Shown in pieces: positions 39,401 to 51,850 of a stretch of DNA of 64,000 bases. The notes beneath the pieces are model-generated. The model ran no database searches, was not told where the DNA came from, and was given only the letters and a program-made list of their open reading frames with translations. Position numbers and translations under genes: made by a program. Source of the DNA: Raillietiella orientalis (taxonomy: Eukaryota); the NCBI GenBank assembly GCA_036172245.1, contig JAYWIR010000025.1, forward strand, positions 1,674,001 through 1,738,000, given 5' to 3'. Position 1 is the stretch's first letter; each line of letters starts with the position of its first letter.

Positions 39401-42400
39401 AGCGAAGACCACCTTCCTATAAATGCCTTGTTGCGGCGGCATTCGACCACTTGATCCACAGGGAAGACGGAGTACTGCAGAGAAAGAACGGAGGGCGAAT
39501 ACAGATGACCCAATGGAGCCAGGGATTGCGTCAGCACACAACGCATTGGCGTTTGCAGCGTTTGGCCGTTCCCAGGAAGCTCAAGTTTAAGAAGCATCTG
39601 GGAGTTGAATTTTTTGAGAGGATTCCCAGAGGTTTTCGAGAATGAAGGTTTAAAAAGAAAAAAGAATGCAATCTCACTGTTACACAAAAAACACTGTCGG
39701 ATTGAGGACACGACGTGTTGTACCTCTCGCATCAACCTGATCGCCATTACGAGGAAGAAAAACAAAAGTCACAGATCGTCTCGATACAGCGAAATGCTGA
39801 AAACTTGAGAAGAGTGCTCGGAAGGAATCCCAACTGACGTGTGACTGGGAAGACGACGCGCACACATTTGTACCGACCTACAAGAACGTTCAAAAGCAAG
39901 TGTTCTACTCACACATCAAATGATAACAACACACGAAAAAAACATCACATTCACTTAATCTCGTGTGTGTTTCCTCATGCTTGCTGTACACTACTTTACT
40001 AGCTTTGCCAAGAGTGTTTGATAAGCTCACTTTGTGCTTCGAACCAAACACTGTCTCAGCGGTATGCCGTATTTCGATCTTTCTGATGAGGACCACAGGT
40101 AAAGGGGTAAGGTTGTCCAGCAAGACGCGCAAACAAGCAGCGTATTTTTCAACGGAACCTTTTGGTGTTTCTTGCGGACAGATATCCATTCCTCTGGCCA
40201 TCCTTCCGGATTCCTTCCTTGGGAGACTCACACCTTTGTGATGTTGAAGATGCATCGCCGACGCATCTTTCACGAACTGTCCCCCCCCCCCTCTCTCTCT
40301 TCCTTTCTTTGATCTACCTTTTCTGGATGTATCAACTGTCTTTTGTGTGTTCTTCAGAAACTTGCTATGCTCTACAAGAAATACTGGAAGGTTTCTTGTA
40401 CTCTTCACCTTGATTCCGTTCTCCCTCCGCAGGCGTTGAGATTTCTTCTCAAGTACCAGTGGATATTCCTACTGATTGACTTTCTCGAAGAGTTTGCCCG
40501 CTCAGCCATCGCTTTCGTTGCTTTGAGTCGATGGATCGATTAAACCGATCTGATAGGGCGAATGGGGAATGGGGTGATCTCTGCCTGGGTCGTTGGGATC
40601 AGCTCCGTCTCTTCGTGCTTTCCCGGAACGGAGTGCTGGGAAGCAACGAAACACGAATTCTCGAAACGAGCAGCACGCCGACCTCATTTGTTGATGGTCA
40701 GTTGCCGTCATGATCACAATTGAACACCTCGAAGCCAGGTAAGTATGGTCACCGAAGCGGCCTCGATTTTTTGTGAATCCTGTTTCACTGTAGAAGAGAA
40801 AGGAAATGACGTCGATGGCTTTCGCACTCCAGTGCAGTCAGCACGTACAATATGTGTTGCTTCAGCGACAAAGATACCAGACTCGGTTCAGCCGCCCAAT
40901 GCATGCACGGCTAGGCTGAGGCAAGACCTTTCACGCGACCAAGGAAGGACAAAAGACTCAAGGCAGCCACTTCTCGGGATGTGGCTTCCAAGATGACAAG
41001 AATCCCATGGCTTTCTGTTTCTTGTTTCCAGCTTCTTCCAGCGTGTTCAGAACTCATCACTCGTTTCCCTTCTCTTTATAATTATTATTATCTCCCGTTG
41101 CCTTTTTACACAGCAAGACGCTTCCCCGACAACACTCGCCCAATAACAAAGACAAAGCAACGAGAAGAATAGGATCAAAGGTTTCCAGAAAGGCGACTTC
41201 CGCGGACTGTCGGAGGCACTTCTTTTTGTCGAGGATTGATTTCACTTTGGAGGAAAAGATGCGCAACCAAGGTTTGGAGACAAACCTTGGTTGCTCACTT
41301 TTGTTTCTTCTCCAAAGGGAACCCGGAACGGATCCGCTCTTGGAATTTCTCCTCCGGAAGAAAACCTCTCCATTGCTACTCCTCCGAAGAGAATACCCCA
41401 AAGGGAGGCTTCCGGAATACCCTGAAAGGTCCCTCCTCGAAGGGAGTAGCGCGCTTCTTCGCACTCTGAAGAGGTCTCCATGGTACGCGATGGCACGGCT
41501 CCATTTTCACGACCGAAGGAGAACTCCGAAGGGAACCGCGACTCCTTGATTACTGGAAAAACCCCGGAAGGTCAACTTCCAATCGCCGTCACTCATCGGG
41601 GACGTCCGGTTTCCGGCTTCCACCAGTGCCACTGGACCCAAAGCCTATAAGGTCAACCAGCGTTATCTTGAGAGCGGAGAACTCGAAACCAACGACGCAC
41701 TCATTTTCTCTGGCGTCCATCCTCCACGTGGGGATTCGAACCCCCAACGCTTGGTGCCACGTGCGGAGACGTCAGCCCCGCGGACGCCAACGCGGGCGCA
41801 TATTCCACAATCCGTCCATGCATCGTTTGATCGTACCATAAAAGGGGGTTCTTGCCAAGTGCATCTGCTACCGGAAAGATGCAGCTAATGCTCTGGGAAA
41901 CTCGCCCAAAGCAGCAGCAGACTACGTAGTGAAAGTGAAACACTGCAAGAGAAGTCCCTCGCGGTGTTCCGAAGGAAGAGATGCAACTCTGAAAGGAGAA
42001 GAGGAAGAGAAAGGAAAAACAGAAACGAAAAAGGCATGCCGACCGCCAGAAACGGAGCCCCTTCGAGCAAAAAATTGCGGTCTTTCCCCTGTTCGGGGAG
42101 TTGGCAGTTTGAAAATCAAAGATTCCTGAGGCGGGCACTGCATCGGCAAGGCCCACTCAAAGAGCGAGATGCCGACGCGACGAATCTCCTACCTCCATCC
42201 GCCTGTATTTGTTCAGGGAATTCGTGTTTCTGACTTTACGACGACCTAGAGGAGGGTGTGGTCATCACGAATAGGAAAGGGAAATGGATCAATAATGGAC
42301 CATCATTTTCCGCTTCCTACCGCTGTTGACTTCGTGACTCTCAAAGTGTACTGGCTAATGACATTTACACTGACGTCACGGGGAACACCTGATGCGTATC

Positions 42401-45400
42401 AATGGATGCTGAACCTGGATGTTTCATCAAAGTCCATCTTCCATATTCATTGCTATTCTGAAACGGGTTGCAGATGGTTTGCAGCGCATCACCGGTGCTC
42501 GCGTGTGCAAATGAGGGAGTGATAGCACCACGGCCGCAGTCTATCTCTAATTAAGATTGAGAAACAGATGATTTATGAAGATGTAAGATGCCCCAAATCT
42601 GATCATCTTCGGATGAAGATAGGCAAGACTTTGATCCTCTGGATGAGAAAAGAGAGATTCAAATCAAGCTTGCGGAAAAGCTGGACTTCTCGTGTGAACG
42701 AAGATAAGTAACTGCATGTCCAGGCTTTAAAAAAAAAAGGAGGAAAGCAAATCCGACAAGGATATCGCTTCTGATGGACTCACTCGACCATGATCTTTCC
42801 GCGAGCATGAAAATCACTTCTAGCGAACAAGAGAGGATCAAGCCAAAAATGCAGAAAGTGGACAGGCAGCCGCTTCCTCCCGATGCCAGCATTGCAAAGT
42901 GGGAAGTTGAACTCGTTATGCCAGCTCCTCATCCCACTATAGTGGCACCGATCTCCCAGCTTCAAACGAGCGACACGCCTCTCCCAAATGCTTTACTTGG
43001 AGATACGATGATACGGTCTCTCTTTGGTACCGTCATCTCATGAAGAGCAAGTCTGCCACTGCAAGGATATGCAGATAGTATTGGAGTGGACCGAGGAGCA
43101 CTTCCGTGCGTTGCGAACGCTGGGCGTGGATGGTCAGGAGGAACTTCAAACTGCGTCCTCCAAAGGGCCTCGCGTCCTCCGGGGTCTTGAGGGGGGAAGC
43201 ACCGGCGAAGTTCCCAGTGAGATTCCGGTGATTGAAAGCTGGTTTTTTCCCGAACCAGAGAACTCGACATCTAACGGTGGTGTGCGCAAAACAGCTCCCC
43301 AGAAACACCGAACAGACCATTGGAGAGTAGGAAAACAAACAAACAAAAAACAAGGTGGAAGACTTCCGTTGAAAAAAAAAAAAAAAAAGGTATGTGGTTC
43401 ACGAAGAGCCATTTCGTGCGCTTCGAATGTCCGCAAGACCGGAGGGAGGATGGGGCACAGTGCCCAACGACAGACGACCAGTAGACCTGCCTGATCCAGA
43501 CCGAGAATGGGGTGAAAGTTCTCGGGTGTATGGAAGGAAACTTGGAGGAAGGACCCTACTCTAATGAACACCTCAGGAGGACGAAGAAGCTTCAGGTGCG
43601 CAAACAGCTGTCGGTGGAGCGAGGTCCAGACTGGGACCTCACCGAAACACAGGTGAGAAGAAAGGAGAGAACGTGGTGTGTTGTTGCTTTGCACCAGCAG
43701 CAATTCTCTCAGTGCAGAACCGATAGAGGGCAGCACCTCAAACATCGACTGGAAGGGATAAAAAGCTTGTACGTGTATCTGGTAGAAGTTGGTACACGAC
43801 TTTGTCTGCTGTGTAAACGGTCCAATCAGAACTCATTTCGCTGATGCCGTTGTGTATCCATGGGCGTGTCAAGGTCGGTACCCATGGATGCTGCAGGGAC
43901 CCGTTTCTCTGCAGGCTTCGGTATAAAGTCCGCAGTGACCATAGAAACAGGCCATTTCATGGGGAAACTTCTCGTGAGGGTCGCGGGGGTGGCAGAGACG
44001 TCTGCGCACCTGGAGGGAAGGTGGAAACTTGCGCACGTCAAAAGACGGATTCCGTCAAAGGTCTTGCCTGCCCCGATGGTGCAAAGCAAGTGAGCAAACC
44101 GAGTGGTTTGCCCAGCATGGCAGCGCGCGAATCCATCAGCCTGCGAAGAGCGAGGGCAGAGGGAAAGCCGGCAGGCACACGGTTAGCCAACTCGTCTGGT
44201 AAAATTCAGGACTCCAAGGGATTCTCCGCCGTCTCACAACAGGGCTCCGTTTCGCTCCAGGGAAAGGAATCAGCATTGGGAACGTTTTCACTTGGTTTCC
44301 GGCTCCACCGCGCACCGCACACTCAATCGAATAGGTTTCGTCCCCTTTCCCTACTGAGCAGGACCTTTCTCTTGTTCGACCAATCAAAAAAGGGCTGTTG
44401 AGAACGAGGCGAGCTCACCATATAAGGTGAGTACAGCTTGCAGTCATTGCTCCCTGTTGCCCGCAGCGCAACGTCCTTCCAGTCCATTCCCTGGTAGTCC
44501 CAAAACAACCAAATATTTTGCTCCCAATAGGATGACCCTCAGTATCCTCACTCGGTTTTCCAGTATCTTTCGGAGCTCCTCGCGCGAAACTTTCCTGCCA
44601 ACTCCTCTAGCACCAACTAGAAGCGACCAGGTGGCTCACGTCTTTAAGACGGTTGTCTCTGGGCCCTGCACTTGAAGCTCTTACAATAGCAGCAGCAGCA
44701 CCCCCCGCGCATGAAATCGCTTCCTTCAATATCTCTCCGGTCGGTAGGGTTTTTGTGGTGACCTGACCTTGGGGAGGAACCTGCGCCGAGTACTTCTGAA
44801 AAAGCGCGCCAAGTTTGCTCAGCATCACCTAACTCCCTAGTTGCTCTTAGCAGCTCCAGCGCTTAAGTCTCGCTTGGCATCCCGCCGAAGAAGCGCCTCT
44901 TGGATTCCCCTCGACTTCGGCGCTTCCGGCTCGCCTGCTGGATTTGGTGCTCCCGAGGTGAGCATGCTCCGAAATCGGCATCCTCATCCGGCGACGGAGG
45001 TGCAGATCGTGCAAACCGTGGTGATCTTGGTGTGCCTTCGAACCGACCAACGAGGAACCGACAAGGAAGGTGGTGCGCTCTCACTTTTGTCGCAGGTCGT
45101 GGTCATCGTCCAGCTGATCGGCCCTGTGGGATGGGTGCTCTCTCTTCCTCCCCCTCGCACCCCACTCATTTTCATTTTTCGACCGAGGTCCTAGCCGAGA
45201 ACGCTGCACGTCGACTCGGAAAAGTCAAGAGAGAGAGAGAGAGAGACTTCCGCTTCCACCCCGTGGTGTTCGGGAATCGCAGGTCGAGGCGGCTTCCCGT
45301 TGCGTTGGTTTTCGCTCTTTGCTTTTCGCCTCGCTTTTTGCGGCTCTTCCTCCTCCCTTTCTGCATTCCTTCCATTCTTTACTCCTCCGCTTCTTTTGTA

Positions 45401-47102
45401 GAACCTTCACAGTGTCTTTGCTCTTTTTTCCGGTCTTTTTTTAATTCCATCTCTCAGCATCACTCGCTTGACGTTTCCAAATTTGCTGCAGCCCCTCCAT
45501 TCCCGGGAATTATCTTCCAGAAATTGTCGTCTTCAGTTGGATGACGCCCTGCTGTTGGAAAAAAAAAAAAAACATGTCCGGCTCAAATAGCTGTCCTGTC
45601 TTTCCGTTTTTTGGTTGCATCCAGGCGATTCCTTTACCAAGGAACCTCCAGGTGGAGCCGTGCTGCGCCAGCTGAAAACATCGGCGTTCTGACTTTAGCA
45701 CCCCCAGCCCGGAAATGCCGCTTCCTCTCGGCTTTCCTGTTCTTCGCGTCCCGCTGCTCACTTGTCCTCGATGGCCGCTCTTCTGCTTTGGTGCCACCTC
45801 GCCAAGCGAAAGGGGAGAGCAAGTCCACTCTGCACCCGCGACGTACGTCATGATCTCGAAGTAACTGCGGATTCATCTCCAGTGTTCTGGATGTGGGAAA
45901 AGGAAGGCGAGGTGCTTCGGTCTGGGATCTTCCCTGGAAGCAGGGATCGCCCCCGTTTCCAGATGGCGAGAGTGCGCGCGCGTACCTGCTGCTCCTCTTC
46001 GTTCGTCCCGCTTTCCGGCTCGCTCGCGGCCGTGTGCCCCTCGCGAGCTCGGAAGTGGCTCCTGCCACGAGAGGGCACCTGCCTGAATCCGAGGAAGTCA
46101 CGGGGTGGGACGGGCCGCGCGATTGGAGGGCCGCGTGGGAGCAGATCGGAGGCGGACAAGGGAAAAGGTTCAAACCGCGCGGACCGCGCCACGGCGGTAT
46201 CCAAACCATGCGCGGCGTGTCTGCGCGGAGCGGATACGCACGGCAGGGCGGAGTTCGCCGCACGCGGAACGCGACCAGAAACGCTCTCCGGTATCGCAGG
46301 GTCGAGTGCGAGGTCCCCGAAGGTGGTGGCATGAGGTGGGATCTTCCCAGTGGCACGCAGGCGATCCCAGCTTCGTGGAAACGGTTCTGGAAACTTCAGC
46401 TCCCCTCGGTTTCACCCTGGGCGGAAGCTTTCCGTTCCTTTTCCTACCTCTTGCGAGCACGGGGACCGCGGCTGCCCAGCGCCTTGGAGGCTCATGGACC
46501 ACGCAACGCGGAAACGCGAACAGGAGAAAGTGTCCGCGCCTCGGCCGCACGAACAACGCACGGAAAGTCGGCTGCTGGAACAGGCGCGTTCCTTTTCCTG
46601 CGAGCGAGTCGCACCCGGCCGTCTTTCGCTTTCGCTCCGCATCCTGCGCACGCTTTTGGAGAGCGCTTCGGTTTTTTTCCCGCTGGACTCGGATCTTTTC
46701 TTGTTTTTCTTTTTCCTTTCCTCCCCCTGCTCAGCCCTTCTTTGTCCTCCATCCAGCCTCGGAAACACTCCGGGGCCAGAACCCCGTTGCGTAAGCCGCG
46801 AACGATTCTTCCGGCCGGCGAACCCGAGCCGCCTAAAACCTTCCCGTTCTACATCGACAAACGCCTTCCACCGAATCCCACCGAACTTCGCCCTCATTCC
46901 CCTGGTCCACGACGTGACCTCCCTCGACGGGAACGACAAATCTCCGATCCGGAGCATTTTCCACTGCGTCCCCGTTTCCGGGAAAACGGCAAAAAGCAAA
47001 AATACCCAGTCCACTCTGTCTTACAGTACAAGGGAAAACCAGCGAGAGAAAAGAAAAAAACTTACCTAAAGTACAAAACACCGAGAGGATAAAGTGATTC
47101 AT
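30459..47102 (-). CDS. Cad96Ca: Cadherin-domain receptor tyrosine kinase, Cad96Ca/Stitcher-like, about 610 aa, 9 coding exons
   Basis: Model complement(join(30459..30733,33922..34156,34211..34392,34452..34719,36851..36988,37042..37512,37559..37710,37763..37837,47066..47102)) = 1833 nt, phase-consistent. Signal peptide [18 protein letters not shown], one cadherin repeat ([47 protein letters not shown]), TM ([25 protein letters not shown]), kinase [53 protein letters not shown]. Exon 1 is inferred from phase and signal-peptide fit across a 9.2-kb intron. Confidence 0.88.
31160..32029 (-). mobile_element. SINE-like family copy 2 (in last RTK intron)
   Basis: The reverse complement aligns by eye to copy 1 (gagtcgcgggttcgaat; ggaagtcgacc..ggtcct; cccaagagt.agaggaacggactcc..ccttcctggattcatag; gctg.aag.aa..cagcgaa). 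Two B-box-like GGTTCGAATCC motifs near 31920 and 31978. The 3' limit is approximate. Confidence 0.8.
38860..38970 (-). mobile_element. Possible decayed Myb-like segment of an R2/NeSL-type retrotransposon
   Basis: Minus-strand translation [17 protein letters not shown] followed, after a frameshift, by [14 protein letters not shown]; resembles the WTxxExxxL...IAxxLPxRT Myb-like motif. Short and interrupted. Confidence 0.25.
41305..41797 (-). mobile_element. SINE-like family copy 3 (3'-truncated, in RTK intron 1)
   Basis: Reverse complement begins GCCCGCGTTGGCGTCCGCGG (same 5' end as copy 1) and has B-box GGTTCGAATCC near 41735-41743. Shares blocks aagcctataaggtcaacc, ctccatggtacgcgatgg and gggaacccggaa.ggatcc with copy 2. 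Confidence 0.82.
42785..43275 (-). mobile_element. Decayed CR1-like LINE ORF2 3' fragment
   Basis: Minus-strand pieces [49 protein letters not shown] and [15 protein letters not shown] occur in the order of the CR1 post-RT motifs KCKVLHxG, LxFxxHI..KA..LGxI, EERLxxLxLPTLE and FF..TRGH. Contains stops and frameshifts. Confidence 0.45.
43400..44900 (-). mobile_element. Possible decayed non-LTR retrotransposon ORF1 / endonuclease-start remnant
   Basis: Interrupted protein-like frames: [30 protein letters not shown] (RRM-like), [12 protein letters not shown] (degenerate zinc knuckle), [12 protein letters not shown] (like the LQxNxxRS start of APE endonucleases). Weak, motif-level only. Confidence 0.25.
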
Positions 47103-47725
47103 AGCAATCGAACGAGGGGGCACGGTCCAGGACCCACGCAACGAGCCATCATGCTCGGCACCCACTGTGACAGCAAGCGGAAACCAAACTTCTCGTGCGC
47201 AATAGACATTCCATTCGCCTAGCATCCAGCAGATCAAGCTCTCGGGCCAGTCCGCGGAAGAAAGTGACAGGGACGGCGCACCATCTATGAGAAGACTCCC
47301 GAATCTCCGAGCACGAAGCTTGATCTTTCCGCGATGGAAGCGGAGAAAGTGGGCAAGGATGCGACGAGCTGACCAGAAGAGCGAAGCGACCGTTGCCTGT
47401 GCTTTCGGATCATCGAGAAACCGCGTGGAGTGCTCTTTGAACAAAGAGTGCAGTGATCATCGCACACTGATGATGCGACGTCGGTGGGTTGCACACCAAT
47501 CGGCGTTCCGCCAATACTTCCTTGATGGCAAGAGATGCAGTTCCTTCGCGGCACTCAAGTCTTTCCAGGGATGGAAATCCAGGAAAGCGAAAGGCCAACG
47601 ATCGACCTTCAGCAAGGAAAGAGATCAAAGAATTTCACCAATTGCGAATAGCTGAGATGTTGGAGAGAAAATTCTGTCATGCGAGAGAACCATTCTGTTT
47701 CTCTATGGGCACCACTACAAGTAAC

Positions 47726-47770
47726 GAATGTCAGGAAGCTTCCAGAGATGAATGTCAGCTTCCAGAGATG
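47726..47770. repeat. Short tandem duplication (about 20-24 nt unit)
   Basis: gaatgtcaggaagcttccagagat followed by gaatgtcagcttccagagatg. Confidence 0.8.
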
Positions 47771-49509
47771 CTGCCTGTGCGCAGACATAACTTTGCTGAT
47801 ACAGACAACTAAGCTGTCTTGTTCTTCATGCAACAAGAAGCTGAAATTTCCGGTTCAAAATAAATTAATCTGCACAATTCAACACGACAGAGATAAGCTG
47901 AAAGGTTGAACGCGCTGCATCTGGTGCCTTAGGTGCCGAAGATTCCGAAGATAATGCTTTAGAAAGTAGCCTTAGTGCAGGTCTGGTGGATGTTCGTTTA
48001 TAAAAAGCCCAGTCAGCTCAAGAATCCAAGCAAAAACGAAAATTTTTTAGGTAAGTTTTTTCAGCTTTTTGATTATTAGTTTAGTTTTGGGTCGTGGTAA
48101 AAATCCCTGTACGCTAACAAGAGACTCGTAGAGGCGATACTTGTTAGTGTACAGGAGATCGAGGAGGCGATTCAGAGGAGCAACCGTGCGAGAATTCGTA
48201 AGCGAGGCTGCATTGTGTTCAAGGTGTTCGTGTCTTTTTCATACACCTCGTTCTGAAAGCAGGCTGCCTCAGTGAAAGGCTCTTTCACTTCCTGATTTGA
48301 ATCACCTCAGCGACATGCGCTCTACCTGCTGCCTTGCAAAATACCTGAAGCATTTTAGCGGTGGTACTGAAGATCATCCAAGCAGAGCGTCTTGCAGCTA
48401 AAGCCCTCGCTTCTTTTCTCCTTGGTGTACATGTACGTCTTTCCGGACAGCCGCGCGGAGTCGAAGTTTTTCGGATGATTCCAAGAGGCAGTGTTCCCAG
48501 AGTGTGATGGGAAGAGTGGAAGGTCCGAGAGAGACCGGTCGCTGCTCACTGCTCGTTCGTGTGGAGGCGGCTCCTACGGGAGAGCGGATCGTAGATGAGA
48601 CGCAACTGAATAGGTTGCGGACGTGGTTTTGAGGACGTGCTCTACACGACCCTGGAATGAAGTCTTCCTCCCGTAAAATGTCAACACCGTGCTGTTCTCT
48701 TGCTTCTGCATCTTCGTGTAGAGCAGCTCGTTGTCTTAGAAACGGGGAAATGGAACAGTGATTAATGTGATGTGTTTGATTTTCTGTTGCCGCTGTGGGT
48801 AGATGCTACTTTGGTGGATCTCGGACAGGGCAACTAATCTCTTACAGCCGGCTGCTTCGTTTGTGGCTTGTTTAACAGGGACCATTGCGTTTGTAGAGGG
48901 TCTACCGCGAACAAGTTGGAAATCCGGAGAAAGTTCTTCTAGCATGGAAAAGGAAGTCTTGAGGATTCCCTGCCTCTTCTGAAGAGAAATGCAAAGTAAT
49001 TGGAAGCATGCGTCGAAAACTGGTCCAGAGGCCCCCTGAAATCAATTCTTCCGTCGAGAGTGCATAGCACGGCTGTGCGTCAAAACGAATGAGCAGCTGT
49101 TTATCCACATGTCCACTTACATGTTCTTAAAATTTTTTTAAATACCATCATAAACAAAATCTAGCAATAATTTCATAATCCAACCCCGATAAATTCCAAA
49201 TAAACATCAACCCAAACTTCCAGACTAATCAAACCATCCCTTTACCCAATCACATGCAAGTAAAATATACGACTATCAAACCTACTCTCCAAACCGGTGT
49301 CATTTTAGCAGTTCATGAAAAAAAATTTCAAGCAACTTCTTTCAATCTAGAAAAAGAATTGTGCTTCGTTGCTAGGCGAGTTAAGGGGGTTTATGGAGGA
49401 GGGATAGCTGTTAGGAATACTCTTTGAAGTAAGAGTACTCTGGGAGAAGAACGGCTTTGCCCTGGAAGCTGAAGGAGTGCGCCCTTATCTGTTACTACAG
49501 TCTTCTAAA

Positions 49510-49819
49510 ACATGGCATCGGCTGCCGAGTGGGCCCATCTTTCGGAAGACGATAGGAGAGATATCACCGGCATCCATAGCCGGTTCTGAAGGAAAGGAAC
49601 GGCCGATCCAAAGACCCCCGTCCCCTACCCTCCCATATCTTTTATCTTTATTTATATTTTTTATATGTGTTTTTGTGACCCCCTCCCTCCCGTTCCGGAC
49701 TTTCGGTATACCGACCTGCGTGTCGGGGATTTCCCCCTTCGTTTCTTATGTGTCCTTTGTCCGGGAACTCTGTTCCTGGATAATTTAAGAATAAACACCC
49801 CGGCGCACCCGGGTGACAA
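49510..49819 (+). mobile_element. 310-bp insertion flanked by 13-bp TSD; probable 5'-truncated non-LTR retrotransposon 3' end
   Basis: Direct repeat ACAGTCTTCTAAA at 49497-49509 and 49820-49832. The insert has a short frame ending (MASAAEWAHLSEDDRRDITGIHSRF*), a T-rich stretch, hairpins (tccgggaac-tct-gttcctgga) and AATAAA about 25 nt from its right end. Confidence 0.65.
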
Positions 49820-51599
49820 ACAGTCTTCTAAAGAAAAAGGAAGCGTCTGGATGAAATGAGTTTCAGCTGGACCACACTGTTTTATTAATTTTGGAACGGG
49901 AAAATTCCTCTTCATTTCTCCACACGAAACACTTTGATGAAATAACTCGTGAAAATTCGGGCGCGATCGTCAGCCCACTTCCAGAACTTTCAATGAAAGA
50001 CGCATTCAGGCGAGGGGGGACTCGCTGATTCCTTCTCCCGCTACTCCCCGCCAACCAGAATGGAACATGTGACATTCACAGGGAGTTATTTTTTTTCTTC
50101 AAAATCTAAAATATGCAGATATTTTTTTGTTTTTTTGTCTTTTTTGGAATTCGCCGTAAGGCTGGTTTCGAACGATTGCGCGCTGAACTCATCACAAGAA
50201 CATCGGTGCGAAATCAAAGAAATTGCGAATTCCAAAAATGCCCCGACGGGAAGAGCTGCCATGGCTTTCCAAAAATGAATTGGAATGATCTCCACAGCTT
50301 CATGGTCGCCACGTGCAGCCAAAGTGATCGTGGAATCGGTTCAAATCCTCTCACAGTGAAGACGAACCCGAGTATGGATCCCGGTTCGCTTGCATCAGGT
50401 CGCTTGCAGCGAGTCATTTGACAAAGCATGCGTTGCTCTCTTATTCTCACTGTACATTCACTCATACATTCTCACTGTACAGTCTCGAGAACATTAGCTT
50501 TATTGTTTGATTGAAGGAACTGCACACCGTACGTTCCAGATGTCCTACGCAAGCCCCAAACTAGAATCCTGATCTCCGTACTCCTACCGGCCTCGTAGAT
50601 GCATTTTGGACCTCATATTCCGTCCTTTTTTGTTTTTTTCCTCTCTTCCTTTCTTTCTTTTACCTGCTGGAGACGCGGCGCTTCCTCCGAGACCAAAGGG
50701 TCCAAAAAGGGAGAAGGGGACGGAGTCACTCACGCACGATTCGCATCCCGTCGCGTCGCGGGGTAACGGCCGGGGGAGAGTGCATGCCGCACACTCATCA
50801 CGGAGTCGGCGGAGGAGGAGGAAAGCACAGCAACAGGAAATAATAGCAGCAACAGCAGCGGTGCAGCAGTGGAAGAGGAGGAGGAGGAGGCTCTATAGGC
50901 ACCACAGAAAACCCCACTCGCTCACACCTGGTAAAACAGGGTGGATCGGAATCCAGTAGATCTCCTGTCGCTCCACAACCTCTAATTCTTGGTGGTGGAG
51001 GACAGTCGATATGTGTGGCGTGGGTCACGGAGACTCTCCCGGAGATTCTTTGATCTCTTAAGGCATCCTGGAGGGTGCACATTAGAAGACGTTGCACAGA
51101 ACCCAAGGAAGCGGGTCTGGCCCACTATCCATTCCCCTGACAGCAGCAATCCTTTGCTCCCAGTTGTTTGCTTAGAAGGAGTTGGGTTTCATGTCGCAGA
51201 AATGCTTCGGGGTGGCTGTTGACCAATCTTCCAGAAGTCTTCAACGCGGCGAAATTGATTCTAACGATGCGCCTTTATGCCGAATGGCCTTTATACAACG
51301 CTCTGCACCCGAGCGCGTCAGAGAGCCATATGTTCGTAGTGCGTAGCGCTCTTCGAACTTAACAGCGACCAGAGTCCTCACTGACCGCAGTCCGGACATT
51401 ACTTGCCCCTACGGCGTCACCGAAGGTATTTAACTAAATGACGTCTTTGCGAGCTGTTGACGTGCAGTGCATGTGGTTGTTCCAGGATTTTGGTGCAGCA
51501 TCCCCATTCAACTGATGACCCAGGAGATGCATTCTTGACATACTGCATACTGGAGCACACATCTCCAGTATGCAGCATGCACATGTGAACAATGGGAGA

Positions 51600-51850
51600 T
51601 GCGACGCAGAGACAGCGCGAGCTGATTTCTCTGATCCGCCAGACAGTGACTCCCTGTAATAAGATCCGGATGCTGAGTTACGTGCTGCAGTGTCTCATCC
51701 CACGGGTCGCACTCTTCCTGACAGGTGATCCTCACCTTCTCTAGGGAGCAGGGAAACACGAGACGTCTCCTGGAAACAATAAATGGCTCGATGCACGGTG
51801 CAACCCGACCAGAGACGCCTTTCTTGCTCCCAATGACTTCAGTGGGGGAC
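51600..51850 (-). mobile_element. Decayed R2/RLE-type retrotransposon zinc-knuckle region
   Basis: ORF 51508..51963 contains CQEECDPWDETLQHVTQHPDLITGSHCLADQRNQLALSL, resembling the R2 pattern CRxxCxxxETxxHIxQxC...RHN with the last C and H lost. Confidence 0.4.

Noticed and set aside
43497..44093. Plus-strand nested gene in RTK intron 1 suggested by GT/AG-like sites
   Set aside because: I could not join the segments in consistent phase without stops; minus-strand LINE decay fits better.
45893..47092. 399-aa plus-strand ORF
   Set aside because: GC-rich low-information translation, antisense within RTK intron 1; no domain.
47999..48056. Plus-strand TATAAAAAG followed by an AG|GTAAGT donor (divergent transcript)
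   Set aside because: No initiator at the expected spacing and no downstream exon identified.
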